Shown in pieces: positions 16,492-29,690 of a stretch of DNA of 64,000 bases. Within the stretch, counting starts at the first letter, position 1; the number at the start of each line of letters is the position of its first letter. Position numbers and translations under genes: made by a program. The stretch is from the human T2T-CHM13v2.0 reference genome, Homo sapiens. The notes under the pieces were generated by a model. The model saw only the letters and a program-made list of their open reading frames with translations. It was not told where the DNA came from and did no database searches. The stretch lies in NCBI RefSeq assembly GCF_009914755.1, contig NC_060926.1. One strand, written 5' to 3'.

Positions 16492-17480
16492 TGTGACCTG
16501 TCAGGATAGAAAGGGTCTGAGATTTGACTCTACTTCCAACCTAAAAAGTTAGCTTACCACATTTTTGTGGATAACACCAAAAGCCATGACACTCCTGGGT
16601 TGTATACAGAGGGCAGTTTACTACTCACAGAAATTGTAGTAGCTAGAGTGTCATCATTTGCTTGTGATGGTTCCTATGAGGGTTGATTTTATGTGTCAAC
16701 TTGAGGAGGCCACAGGTGCCCAGCTATTTGGTCAAACATTCTTTCTTGATGTGTCTGTAAGGAGGTTAATATTTGAATCTGTAGACTGAGTAAAGCAGAT
16801 TTTCCTTCCTAATGTAGGTGGGCCTCATCAAATCCATTGAATGCCTGTGCCTGAATAGAATAAAGTGCTGAAGAAGAAAGAGTTCTCTCTATGCCGACTG
16901 CCGTTGGACTTCTCCTGCCTTTGGACTACAACTATACTATCAGCTCCCCTTGGTGTCTAGTTTGCCAACTACAGATCTTAGACTTCTCAACCTCCATAAT
17001 TGTGTGAGCCAATTCCTCAGAATAATTTTATTCTTATAGATCATATATAACACAATATGTAATATATATGTGTATGTGTATAAAATCTCCTATTGGTTCT
17101 GATCCTCTGGAGAACCCGAATACAGTTCCCTCGACCTCAATTCTCACAGGGCAATGTAATGAGGACCAAGTGAAATCTGCATATGCAGCGGGTTGCATTA
17201 CAGATAACAAAATTTGAGCTTAAGGAATTTGAATATTTTATAACAGGACATAAGCAACCTCATCTGATTTTTCCTTAGAGGAAAACATTATCTTTATTAC
17301 ATTTGGTAGTAAGCAAACCTGCTTTCTCTCCAAATGGAGATAGATAATATCTCTAACTTCCCAGGCTCTTTACTGTACAAACATCCTTAAAAAGAGAGTC
17401 TAGAACAAAAAGGCAATAAGTGACATTGTTCACAGAACATGTAAAGACATAATAATTTCATGGAGAATTGTCTCCTAACG
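16492..17480 (-). mobile_element. LTR40a-like ERVL LTR, split by MLT2B
   Basis: Reverse strand begins GTTAGGAGACAATTCTCCATG; contains AAGGGTCTGAGATTT and GTAAGCAAACCTG. Confidence 0.72.
16675..17124 (+). mobile_element. MLT2B-like (HERV-L) solo LTR
   Basis: ATTTTATGTGTCAACTTGA, AGACTGAGTAAAGCAGATT, CCTATTGGTTCTG...CTGGAGAACCC; 5-bp TSD GTTCC (16670-16674, 17125-17129). Confidence 0.88.
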
Positions 17481-17926
17481 TGGCCAACCCCTCCACTCAT
17501 TGTACACTTTAGCCCATACCTTCTTGTCTACATTGCACTAGCTTTGGTCTGTTCTCAACAGAGCAGCCAAAATGATCCTGTTCTAAGGTAAAACATATCA
17601 CGTCATTGCTTCTTGAATATGTTGCTTTAGCGATTTTCCCATCTCTCCTCTAAGTAACTGTTTTTCCTTCTCTATTGGCCCCTTCCCATGTACATAAATT
17701 TCTCTCATCTTAAAAACAAAACAGACACAGTTTCAGCTCGTAATTACTATCTCCATTTGTCTCCTATTCTTTACAGCAAATCTTGTGAGAAAAAAACAAA
17801 CATAACAACAACAAAACTGCTTCTATTCATTGCACCTTAGTTGTCTTCTCCAATTGTCTCCACAACTCATTCTAATTAGACTTCTCCCTCCCATCACTCC
17901 AGCAGCCCTCCTCATATCAAGATCAA

Positions 17927-18293
17927 TGTCTTAGTCCATTTGGGCTGCTATAGCAAAGTACTATAGGCTAAGTAGCCTATAAACAACAGAAATTTATTCT
18001 CACAGTTCTGGAGGCTAAGAAGTCCAAGATTAAGGTACCAGCACATTTGGTGTCTCAAAGGGCTACTTCCCAGTTCATAGAACAATGCCTTTTCCCTGTA
18101 TCCTCACATGGTGGAAGGTGCTAGCTAGCTTTCTGGGATCTCTTTAAAAGGGCACTCATTCCAATCGTAAGGGCTCCTCCTTCATGACTTAATCACCTTC
18201 CAAAAGGGCCCACGTCCTAATGCCATCACCTCAGGGGTTAGGATTTCAACAAATGAGTTTTGCAGAGAAATAAACATCATTAAAGCCATAGCA
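17927..18293 (-). mobile_element. MLT1A-type solo LTR
   Basis: TGTCTTAGTCCATTTGGGCTGCTAT...CACAGTTCTGGAGGCT...GGTTAGGATTTCAAC...CCATAGCA; TSD ATCAA/ATCAC. Confidence 0.88.
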
Positions 18294-19717
18294 ATCACCA
18301 ATGACTTACATGTTGCTAAATCCAATGGTCAGTTATTAATTCCCATCTTGACCTATCAGCAGCATTTGAGACAGTTGTGTTTCCTCTCCTTTTTCACCAT
18401 GTTATTCACCTGGTTTTCAGGAAACCACTTTCAACACATTTCCCACTGACCTGACTACTCCTTCTCAGTCTCCTTTACCAGTTCCACCTCATCTCCCCAA
18501 CCTTTAAATGTTGAAACGCCCCAGGGTTCAGTCCTTGTATTACTGCTATATTCTATCTCCACTCATTCTCTTGATAATTCATCTAGTTTTATTATTTTTA
18601 AATAGCATCTGTTGTACTATATGCTGTTGACTCTCGAAGTTATGTTTCTGACCTGTACCTTTCCTGGAACTCTAGACTTACATGTCCAACTGCCTAGTCA
18701 ACATTTTCTCCTGGGAGAATCACTTGATCTCTCAAATACATAAGCTCCTGATATTTCCTCCTTACCTCACTCCTTTTGTAGTCTTCCCCATTTAGGTAAA
18801 TGGAAACTCCATGCCTTTAGTTTTGGCTCAGGCCAAAAATTCTAAAGTCATTCACGACTTCTCTAATATTCTGCATCCTATTCTTTAACTAATCCTGCCT
18901 GCTCTCTACCTTTAAAAACATCCAAAAGAGAACAAATTTTCATTACTTGCCTGCTACATCCTAGTCAAAGTCACCCAAAGCTGCAATAGCAGCTTCCCTT
19001 GCTCCCAACCCACCTCCCATTGCCCCGAAAACCTGATTTCCTTCCTTTTGTTTATGGTCAGCTTTGGTCTGTTCTCAAGAGAGCAGCCAAAATGATCCTG
19101 TTCTAAGTCGCATCATGTCATTTCTCTATGCAAAATTCTCCAGGGTTTTTCCAAAGTAAGAGCTCAAATTTCTTGCAGTGACATGCAAAACCAGCTTTTT
19201 TTCTCTGATCTCATCCTAACCTCCTCTTTGCTAATTCCACTTTAGTTACACTATCTTCTTTTTGTCCCTTGAACATACCAGGCATATTTTGCCCTCAAGA
19301 CTTATCCCATTCTTCTACCTGGAATGATCAACTCCAAAAAACTAAATGGCTCACTATTTTATTACCTTTACCTGGTGAAACTTTACTTGCTTACCCCGTG
19401 TAAAATTCAAGCACCTTTCCTCTTCCCCTAGATTTCCTGTCTCCCTTTCCTTTACATGTTTTCTGTAACATGTATTCATTAATATTCTATAAATCTTCTT
19501 TATTTATCCTGCTTATTGCCTACCACTCCCACACTAGAATGTCAGCTTTATAAGAGCAGAAACCTGTGCCTGTTTTTTTCATTGCGCTATGCTCAACACC
19601 TACAATAGCACTTGGAATATGGTTGGTACTCAATATTCATTTGTAGAGTGGATTAATAAACCATTCAGTGAGGAGAAGTTTAACAAACAGAGATGAATTA
19701 GATTTAGATGCAAAAAT

Positions 19718-20550
19718 TATGGATAACCTGAAGGACATTATGCTAAGTGAGATAACACACTCACAGGACAAATACTGCATGATTCCATGTATATGAAGTA
19801 TCTAAAATAGTCAAACTCACAGAAGTAGAGAGGAGAATGGTGGTTGTTAGGAGCTGGGGGAAAGGGGAATTGAGGAATTGCTGCTTAATGGGTATAAAGT
19901 TTCAGTTATGCAAGCTGAATAAATTCTAGAGATCTGCTAGACCAATTGTCCCCAACCTTTTTGGCACCATGGACTGGTTTCATGGAAGACAATTTTTCCA
20001 TGGACTGGGAGGTTGAGGGAATGGTTTCAGGATGAAACTCTTCCACCTCAGATCATCAGGCATTAGTTAGATTCTCATAAGGAGCAGGCAACCTGCAACC
20101 TAAATCCCTCGCATGTGCAATTCGCAATAGGGTTCGTGTGCTCCTATGAGAGTCTGATGCTGCTGCTGATCTGACAGGAGGTAGAACTCAGGTGGTAATG
20201 TTTGCTTGTCCTTGCTCACCTCCGGCTGTGCGGCCTGGTTCCTAACAGGCCACAAACCTGGGGGTTGGGGAGCCCTGTGCTATACAACATAGTGCCTATA
20301 ATTAACAATGATGTCATTCATTTTAAAAATATATTAAGAAGGTAGATTTCATGTTAAGAAGTGTTCTCACCACAAAAGAAAGATCAGCTACAAGGGAATT
20401 CTTGGAACTGATAGATGTGTTTATTACTTTGTGTCGCCATGGTTACAAGCTCACCAAATTGTAAACATTACATATGTACAGTTTTTAAAATATATCAAAT
20501 GTATGTATTTCAATAAGGCTGTTTTAACAAATCAATTCTAAAAATAAAGA
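19718..20550 (+). mobile_element. L1MB-type 3' end interrupted by MER1B
   Basis: GGACATTATGCTAAGTGAGATAA, GACAAATACTGCATGATTCC, AAAGTTTCAGTTATGCAAG. Confidence 0.82.
19943..20277 (+). mobile_element. MER1B (hAT-Charlie) DNA transposon
   Basis: GTCCCCAACCTTTTTGGCACC...GGGGGTTGGGGAGCCCTG; 8-bp TSD TGCTAGAC/TGCTATAC. Confidence 0.92.
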
Positions 20551-21054
20551 AGGGGGAACTTGATTTAGCTATTCTCTTGGAATTTCCCACACATATCTTG
20601 TTATTTGGACTCAGTGCCTTTGCATATGCTTTCTCTCATGCCTTACATTCCCTTCCCCACACCATTCACTGCAGGTGTCAATTGCTCAGTGAAGTCTCTC
20701 TTGTTACAAGACGTCTCCTTATAAATCTATTAAATCCTCTTCTACCCTGCCTGTGTAGTATGCTCATATTTCTATTTTCACCTGTGTTATACCATGTGGT
20801 AATTATTTGCTCTGAGTCTCCTTATAAGTTATGCATTTCTACATGTTAATTAAGACCCATGTTTGTGATATTCTGTCTTTCACACACGCACATCCATGGT
20901 ATATCTATTTTTTTCAAATGTAACTCAATTTCTGTTTTTTTAAAAAATATAGAATGATCTAATTTTCCAAAAGCTTTAGTATAAGCCAAAGTTTTCATTA
21001 GTAGATATACATTATTTGGACTGTGAAAAGTGAATCCCAAAATTTTGCTGAAAA

Positions 21055-21200
21055 CATGGCCACAGAGGGTGTGAGCTTCCCATCACTGGATGTAATTAGG
21101 TGGAGCCTAGAGACCAGTGCTCAGGGATCCTTGGAAAAGAGATTCTTCAATCAAAAAGGAAGTTAAATTTGTGGAACCCTCCGGGCCCACAGAATTCTGG
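21055..21200 (+). mobile_element. L3/CR1-like 3' fragment
   Basis: GTGAGCTTCCCATCACTGGATGT resembles CR1/L3 3' ends. Confidence 0.45.
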
Positions 21201-21759
21201 TTACCTCATTCCCTGATTTTTCTGCTTTTGTTTGCAATTTATGTTAGCCTGAGTTTTTTAGCATACTATACTATCCTAATTTATTACAATTTGGATACAA
21301 TGTATAGATAAATAAAAATTTGATCTAAATGTACAGTGAATACATTTGCTCAAGTATCTGAATGATTTTGTAGGCAAAATATATTTTAGATATAAAACTG
21401 TCAATCTATTTTCATGTCAAATGTTACTTTTTATTTTAGTGAGTTTAGCCTTCATGTTATAAACAATATTTTGCAATTCTAAAATATTATTACTAGGAAT
21501 ATTATTCTTTTGCTCTTATTCCTCATTTCTTTTCTTTCACCCTCCCCTCTTTTAAATTTTAAATGTGAATGCTTCCTGTATTTCTGTGGTTTTTTAATGA
21601 TTTTAAGATGTTTGGAATTTAGGAGCATCATTTAATATTGAGTGTTTTCTTTAGAAAAAGTGTATTTAATCATTTCAGTGTTAATGCTTCAATAGTAGCA
21701 AGTTTAAAATATCTTAGGGAATACTAAAGACATAAAAAACAAACTTCTACTGATGCTTA

Positions 21760-21960
21760 ATCACTCATGATATTTTACCAAGTAGTTATCATATTTCCTC
21801 ACTTAATCTTAAAAACAATACCAAATGTAGAAAAGATAGATATTATTATCTTCATCCTATAATGAATATTCTAGCACATAATCATACAGCAAGTCATGGC
21901 AGGCATAGCAGTAGAATTTTTTCCTGATTCTAGCCCAGAGTTCTGTACATTTCAATCTGT
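21760..21960 (-). mobile_element. Degenerate MIR
   Basis: TCACTTAATCTTAAAAACAA...ATTATTATCTTCAT...CATACAGCAAGT...CTGATTCTAG. Confidence 0.5.
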
Positions 21961-22851
21961 ATGTTTAACTTCCAGAGGCTGCTTGATGAGTGGATACATT
22001 TTTTAGAATTTTTTTTGTTTAAAACAGAAACATTCAATTTTATTTTTTTCAAACCAAGCAAAAATATACTTCATGTTTTTGAAGTTGAAATTTTTAAATT
22101 TATTATTTATCCAAAAAAATCTGACTAGATGCTTACAATAAATATCCTGTACTTGAAATGCAGTACTCCACTATATATTTCTTTCCTTTAAGTCTCCCTC
22201 ACCTGCCCGTCATCTCTAGAAAGATGCCCTCACATAGGAATTCCCATCTGTCAGGAGACATTTCCCTCTCCCAACTTTAAAAGAAATAGATGTAATTTAA
22301 AATAATTCAAATTCCAAAAAGCACATTTAGCTTATTGGCCAAATATTTTGGCTTTTTATTATGCAAAAGTGCAATGCCTTGTTTCTTTTAACATAAAATA
22401 AGTCAAGTTACTTTCTGCACATTAGTCACTATTATCAACAAATGCACAAAAATTCACAATAACTAGAAGTTGCTAGCACAATAAGTATTCTCCGAGGAGT
22501 CACTTTTGAAGTCCAGAAACCTGCAGAAACTGAGAAAATGTTCCTTAAAAGAACATGTCTTGTGAGTTCAGATTCCATTTGCTATGTCTGTGATAAGTCC
22601 ATACCTTTTTTACTAAGATACTTGCATCACACTAGTAATATATTTTCTTTGTTAATGTCACAGTAGGAATAAAAATGGTGACAGTGAAAATAAAGATTTT
22701 GAACCTGATATCTGTATATATTGCCATTCAGTAAATCAAAATATCCCATGGCATATAAGCAATTATTTGAGGAAATTAGTATAGGAAATTTGAATTAGCC
22801 TTAGTAACTTCGTAAGGATATACAGAAGTTGACAAACATATTTTACTATTT

Positions 22852-22931
22852 GTATTTAGGTGCAAAAGTGATTGCGGTTCTTGCCATTATTTTCAGTGGC
22901 AAAAATCGCAATTGCTTTTGCATCAACTTGA
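22852..22931. mobile_element. MADE1 (Hsmar1-derived 80-bp MITE)
   Basis: GGTGCAAAAGTGATTGCGGTTCTTGCCATT...GTGGCAAAAATCGCAATTGCTTTTGCATCAAC; near-palindromic, 80 bp. Confidence 0.92.
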
Positions 22932-25900
22932 TACAATATATAAATCTTTATTTTATATATATATATATCATTCTACTAATCAGTAATATATATGTATATA
23001 TGTACATATATATGTGTGTGTATATATATATTTCTCCTAATCAATAAAATCTATCCACTGTCAAGAACACATAATGTTCCTCAGCTTTTCCTTCTTTATT
23101 TTGAGTCTACATAATAAAAATTATCCAGCAGGAAAATAGCAGTTTCCAAGAAAACAAAAATGTTAACCAATTGGTACATATCTTAATTCCTGCTATGTTA
23201 GCCCTTGGCCTCTGGGAGATAGATGAAGAGATAAATGTACATCAAAAACTGCCTCTTATTGGGAAAGTTTCTACTAAGATGTCCAATAGTTGCAACAAGT
23301 GATTAATCAGTTTCCTAAATGGTATCGACTCTCCACAGGACAAGCCAGGTTGGAGCATATTACATAAATTATCAAGACATTACTAAATTGTCCAAACAAA
23401 GTCTTCATATCTTGAACCTGAAGGAGCAGTCAAGGATATATGTACTGCTGACCAGTACCTACATAGCACGATCTGCTTTAATGATACGAATTACCAAATA
23501 TTCTAGATCACCTCCAAAGATTATTTCAAAAAAATCTTGCCCTGATCCTCTCATCCCATGTTGTCATAGATTCATATCCAGAATAAAATTCAATCCATCC
23601 AATGGGCAACCCATCCAAATAGGCCATGTTAGACATTTTAGAGGCCCTACAGATCCCGAAGATAGGAAGGGAAGAAAGAAGGAACAGAGGGAGGAAGGAA
23701 ATGGCTGACAACAATCTTCCAACACTTCTATATGCCTGTCTAGAAAGATTATACGCATGACAAGAATCGAGCTTGGGTATTCCTAAACTGAATTGTAATT
23801 TAAAAAATAGCATGTTCATCTAAGTAAGGTCTTATATGAAAAAATGCAACTCAAGAAAATGTCCTTCCTATAAGCTTTTATATACAGAGGTATATATATA
23901 GCTATACATATATATGTGTATATATAAATATATATGCATAATCTTAAGTATCCACATATGATATTTAAATATTTATATATAATGTTAAAATATCAAGTTT
24001 CAAAAACCTGTACCACACAATTGTCTCAAAATCTTCTGAGAAATTCTACGTGCTTGCCTATTTAAAAAATAATTTTGTTCGAACTTCTTTGAGCTTAAAA
24101 ACCTTCTTCCCGAAATTTTCACTAAGCACAGAACATGTGTAAGTCATGTACACAATATAAATTAGATGGAAATAGGCATATGGCAAGTTTATATATTTCA
24201 TAAAGCATAATATATATAGTACATACCTTTCAATTCCTCAGGTAACCACAGAAAAGAAATCTAGATTATCAAAGTGATATTTTTATGTTGTTTATGTCTC
24301 AGTAATGATGATGGAAACTGAGAAAGACAGGACTCATTCCTTGGATGTTTAAATCAACCGAAACATTCTATTTTCATGGTGTATTGTGGCACAAGTGAGG
24401 ATATATCCTTAGCTTCGTATGTTTTGCTAATTTCCCTAGGCTTATTTCTTTCTGTTTTTTTTTCTTACACTTCCTTTGCACTTGCTCTCTCTCCGTCTCC
24501 CTTTCCCTCTCCCGCTCCCTCTCTCTCCTTTTCCCTCTCTTCTAATTAGGCCACTTCTTTCTTCTATCATTCTTGCTCTAAATATACTTGCTAAGTCTAT
24601 TGCTGCTATTGCCTCTTTTCCACGTTATCTTTTTTTAGGCACAATGCCAGTGCCATTTTTCTCGTGATTTGTGAAAGTCTTTCTTTCCTCTGTCCCTGCC
24701 CAGGCCTCCTACCCCCTGCCTAAGCTTTTCCTTTTTCCTCTATTATCTAGTATGCTCTCTGTTATATTTCTAGCCCTTAAAGTTCACAGGGCTCGTGAGA
24801 AAAGAAAACTACAGCTGTGGTGAAACAACAGAGGTTTGTCCAAAAACTATCCTTGATTATTTGGATCTGGTTTACCGTGTTGCTTCTAAACAATAGCTTA
24901 ATTGCATGTCTTGAAAAAACCTGCAAAAATCAAGCAAAAGCCCTAGAGAAAGTGCTTGCTGTAATATGTTTGCTCTCAAGTTTTAGAACCCTCTAATTTG
25001 CCCCCATTTCTCCATCCATAGGATAAAACAAAGTATATTTACATTTTCTCTTGTTTACAAGGGAAGTAGAACAAAAAAAGCTTCCATTCCCCCGATTATA
25101 ATGAACTCTCAATACTAATATGACACACAATATATGCCATCTCAATAAGAAATATACATTTAATTTGGATAGGATGTTTGCAGTTTTATCCAGAACACTA
25201 GGAAAAAGGTGATTAAGTACCTGATGCCTGAACTCTTAATGACATGCAGAGAATCTCATGAGCTGAAGAAATTCCCAGAGGAAAACTGGAATATAATAGC
25301 CAGTTTGGGTTTCTACATGTGGATCACTTCTTTGCTTACATATGCAATGATTTGGAAGTCTTTAATTGTATCAGTGTTGTGTTTTGTTTTACTATAACAA
25401 CCTTTTAAGTTTATTTTTATTGCCGGTTTAGTTCCTAAAAGCATTCCCCTTACTCCATAGGCACAAGATGCCAGGTGAATTTGCTTCACTACTGATCAGC
25501 ATTTTTATTTTCATTTCACTGATAAATACTTTCTTACATGCTTTGAAAAAAGGATAAATATATTTAAAATCTTAATAGGGAAATTGATCATTGCAAACAT
25601 AATTGGATCCCTTGACCTTCTTTCTTTGGTCCACATGCATCTGCAGTAGTGTACTGAGCTGCAGACCTATGGAGGGAAAAAAAAATCTTTCTGATTATAA
25701 CTGGAAACATTTTTAAGTTCTATATTTTCAGAATCAAAATTACAAAAAATGATAGCACTGGGAATAGCAAATTAAGTTCTCTATAAGCTACCGCCAGAAG
25801 TTAACAATACAGAGATAGTTAACGCAACTGAACTTCTCAACAAAATCCTTTCGCAAAACCACACCTGACTTAGTCTCACGGGAAAGAAAGGAAGTAGAAA

Positions 25901-28900
25901 ATATATGGATTCTAAATAGATTGTTAGGAAATCAAAGATGAACGGAATAGACAAAAAAATAGAGAAAAAGCAAAAACCAAGGATGCCACTATATAATTAA
26001 CACTGATGTGTAATCATGAATACAGTATAGATAGAAATTCATACTCTTGAGTCTTTTAAAGAGAAATACTGCTGTGATAAGAGAAAAGGAAGCATTAACA
26101 CTGACCAGCTTTTGAACAGTGATATTTCGTCCTATGAAGTTCTGTGAAAATTGCACTTTACCAGTAATATTTAATTGTAGCATAAAACTTAAACACCATT
26201 TACTTGATATAAAATCGGGATAGTATGTAAATTAAGTAAGTTTCAATTCATGTCTTCTTACTCACATCTGTTGGCAGTTTAAATAGTTTTAGTGTCATTA
26301 ATTGTTATAAAAGTGCAAGATTTGCTGTATGCTTGCCACTTAGGACCAAAGGCACAAAAGTCTAATTGAACTAAGTAATTAGTAATTTGTCATTTCCTAT
26401 TGTCAGCAATTACTTTCCATTAGAAATCCTCACTGAAAATTCTAATTTGAAGTGAGGTTTGCATTTTATTGCTGTCCATCCAAATTAGTTTAAAATTGAC
26501 AGCTACATTTTCATTTAAAATTTTAAAGATATTAAATATGCTTGAAGAAACTGGAGCATACGCAGATCTACATAAGCGCAGGCGCGTGCACACTCACACG
26601 TACACATGGGTGTGTGTGTGCATGCACACACTCACATTCATTCAAAGGAAAAGACGGTGAACACCAAAGGAGGTGCCTTTTATTTCCCCAAAGGTGAGTT
26701 GCTGTGCAAATGTCACATCATCGTTGCTTCTATAAAATTCTAGGTTTCTGATTTTTACATTTGCACACAGACCCCTGAAGTGGTGCTCTCACCTGAACAC
26801 AGATGGACAAGGAAACAGCACACTATTAGACTTCTTTCTGGGGTTCCAAGCTCCCTCTGGGATATGGCTGTTGGATGGTTTTTTATTTCGCTCTTTCTTC
26901 ACGCTCCACTAGCCAATCAACACCTTTCCTCTCCTAAGTTCTGAGTACTGTAAAAAGCTAAGGGGGAACTTAGATCAGCCCTTCAAAATAATACTAAGGA
27001 GGTGATTTATAATTAGCATGGATCCACTGATCTACTTTAAACTAAGGGCAACTCAGTGAGTCAAGCTTATACTTAGCTCCCTTTGTAAAAGTCAGAGCAC
27101 CACATGTTGTCCCAACTAGGTATTCTTCCTCTTTTAAAACTTAACAAGTCTGTTTCCCTTAAAGTAAAGCTGGGTTTCTTTAACAACTAAACTAGCTTTC
27201 CAATTTTCAAAATTAAAAATGTAGAATTAAACTTCACACATTTTTCTCTCTACCCCATTGTTTAAATCCTAAAACCGTATGACAAATCTTTAGCTGGAAG
27301 ATTTCAGTTAATATACATGTACACAAATGTCCAGTTTCTTAGAAGAGACTAACAAAAATTGCTTGGGGAAAAGCATACTCATATTTATTATGATAAAGTT
27401 GGCAATGTCCATAAATAACAGATCTGATTTATTAACCTAGAGTTAGAATTACATTAAAGGGCAAAATACAATGAAATTTTACAATTACATGTCTAATAAT
27501 TGAAGAACTAATAGGGTGGTGTTTAATGCATCTCTATATTAATTTAAATGATATGGTTTACTAATTTTTTTCCTAAGTTGTATAAATGCTAAAATTGGCT
27601 TGTAACACTGGAAATGGTAATGAATTTCTCTTATTTTTTAAATGACATTCTAATCATTACTCTAAATTAATATACTTTTACAGAATAAATTTTCTACAGT
27701 TACCCCTTTGGTAACTAACTACATATAGCACACATCTGTAACACTTAAGTGAACATTAATTAGTGCTAATTTACAATCAAATTCCAATGGAGAAGCAAAT
27801 TACGCTTTCTTGAACATCAAAAGTCTTTATCATGACCATTATAATGAAGAATGCCAGAACATCTTAATTATTTCTGCTTATAAATAATGTTTTCCACAAA
27901 CCTTAAAAATGCGGAGTACTTCAGAAAGAGAAAAAAAGCTAGTCTCATTATTATTTAGTTTCTACTTAGTGCTAATCCAGTTCATTTCATTGAGTATCTT
28001 TCTCTTTCCTTCATTATAATAGAAAAAAAGATCGCCTGAAAATTCACGAGTAAACTTTTTCCATTGGGCATACTGTTTGCAATCTTTTGAAATAGCTTTA
28101 AGTATTATGACACTGCTGCAAGACTTTGCTACATAAATCTAAGATTGTCCATAATATTCAAGTTTTATGTGAACCAAAAATTAAAGTGTAAAATATTTGC
28201 TTCCTTACATGTATCACATTTAAATAGATTCATAGTTCTAAAGTAATATGCTTCACAGAAGAAAAATAAGTAACTGACACATAGAAACTCTCATTTGGCT
28301 CATTCCAAAAATGTGAGTAATTGCCAATAAGGCACTGAAAAGAAGAGAGAATTAAATTAAAAGTTCAATAAACACTGATCAATATGCTTGTAAATACCAA
28401 GTCTATAAAATGATCTTCCCTTTAAATGTAGTTATACCACAGGTACATGTTCTGTATTTTGGAATTTGGCTGATCATTTTAAAATCTACTTAAATTTGTT
28501 TCTAATAGAAACATTCCAGAAATCTAGAAAGGCTGCCCAAGAAGATTTCTTTTTAAAAAAAGAAAGAAAAAGAAAACAGCAGCCTGGATTCTCTAGCTAT
28601 CGCTATCTCCTGGTTTAGCATTAGCTCACAATCAGCTGAATAAAGAAGTCATCCCTGTCTAAGATGTAAATAAATCACAAGCCTCAGTTACTTTACCACT
28701 AGCTGTTTGTCATTCAGGAAAATAATGGTTAATCAATGTCTAATCAATGAAGATGTGTAACATATTAGTTTGCAGTCCTTCATCATCCTATTTTCTTCAA
28801 TTGCCTGGGGGTTTGTGTTCAGTACTTACAGAATCGATTACAATTGAGAATGATCATTCAGCTCATGTTGAGAGCTGTCAGCTGTGCTTTCCACAGGGCA

Positions 28901-29690
28901 GCTTTACTCTTGTGTTTAATATGAGATGCTAATATTTAGCTGCATCCGACAACCTAGGTTCCATGGTGGAACATTTTATGAGAAGTGCTTAAGTAACTAA
29001 TTGTATCACTACATGTCACTTAATGAAACTAAACTTCTCCTGACTTCACAATAATCATAAGCATTACTGGCTTGCTGTGGAAAATTAAAGAGAAATAGCT
29101 GCCTGCTTGAGTCTGATCATGCCTGCAGGGAAGGTCTAAGAAAGGCAACTACCAATGACGCCTTTATAAATAACTGCAGGGGGTGGACGGGGGTGATGAT
29201 TCTACAATTTCATATAAAACAACATTTATAAGGATGCTGTATCCTCATGTGCAAGCATCCCTGGATGCCCACAATACCTCACAAATACCATGAGAAAAGT
29301 TGGACTGCAGACTCTTGATACATTTCCTTTAAGAAACAACCTTTTCTGACTCTGCGCATTTAAATTCCAAATAAAATGTTAATTGCCTGACAAGCCCGTT
29401 TTCCTTGTCATTTATAAAAATGTATACATCCTGAATAAAAAGTGGGAGAATACTTAAAAGAGTAGGAGAAGAATCTTGATTTTAACAACAAATAATTGTC
29501 ACGCTACGGAGTTCTTGGCTTTAATTGCTGTTTTTGTGATTTGTTTTGGAAGTTGGGCTGATGACAATCACAGAGCCCAGTGTTAAAAACTAATAATGAT
29601 ATAGTATTTCATTCGAAACATTTTTGGATCTTGATAGTATTGATTTGAAAGAACAAGTTTAGGCCACTCATTGTTAGTATTAGTTCCAAG

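Larger units (their letters stand above)
15905..19660 (+). mobile_element. L2 (L2a-like) element carrying nested LTR40a, MLT2B and MLT1A insertions
   Basis: Pyrimidine-rich L2 motifs (TTGCTAAATCCAATGGTCA, CAGCAGCATTTGA, CATGTCCAACTGCCTA) and a 3' end CACTAGAATGTCAGCT...TACTCAATATTCATTTG. Confidence 0.85.

Noticed and set aside
23319-23708. 129-aa ATG ORF in unique sequence (and 97-aa antisense ORF)
   Set aside because: No recognisable domain in any frame I translated, and the C-terminus comes from a purine-rich low-complexity run. Length is compatible with chance; BLASTP or PhyloCSF would settle it.
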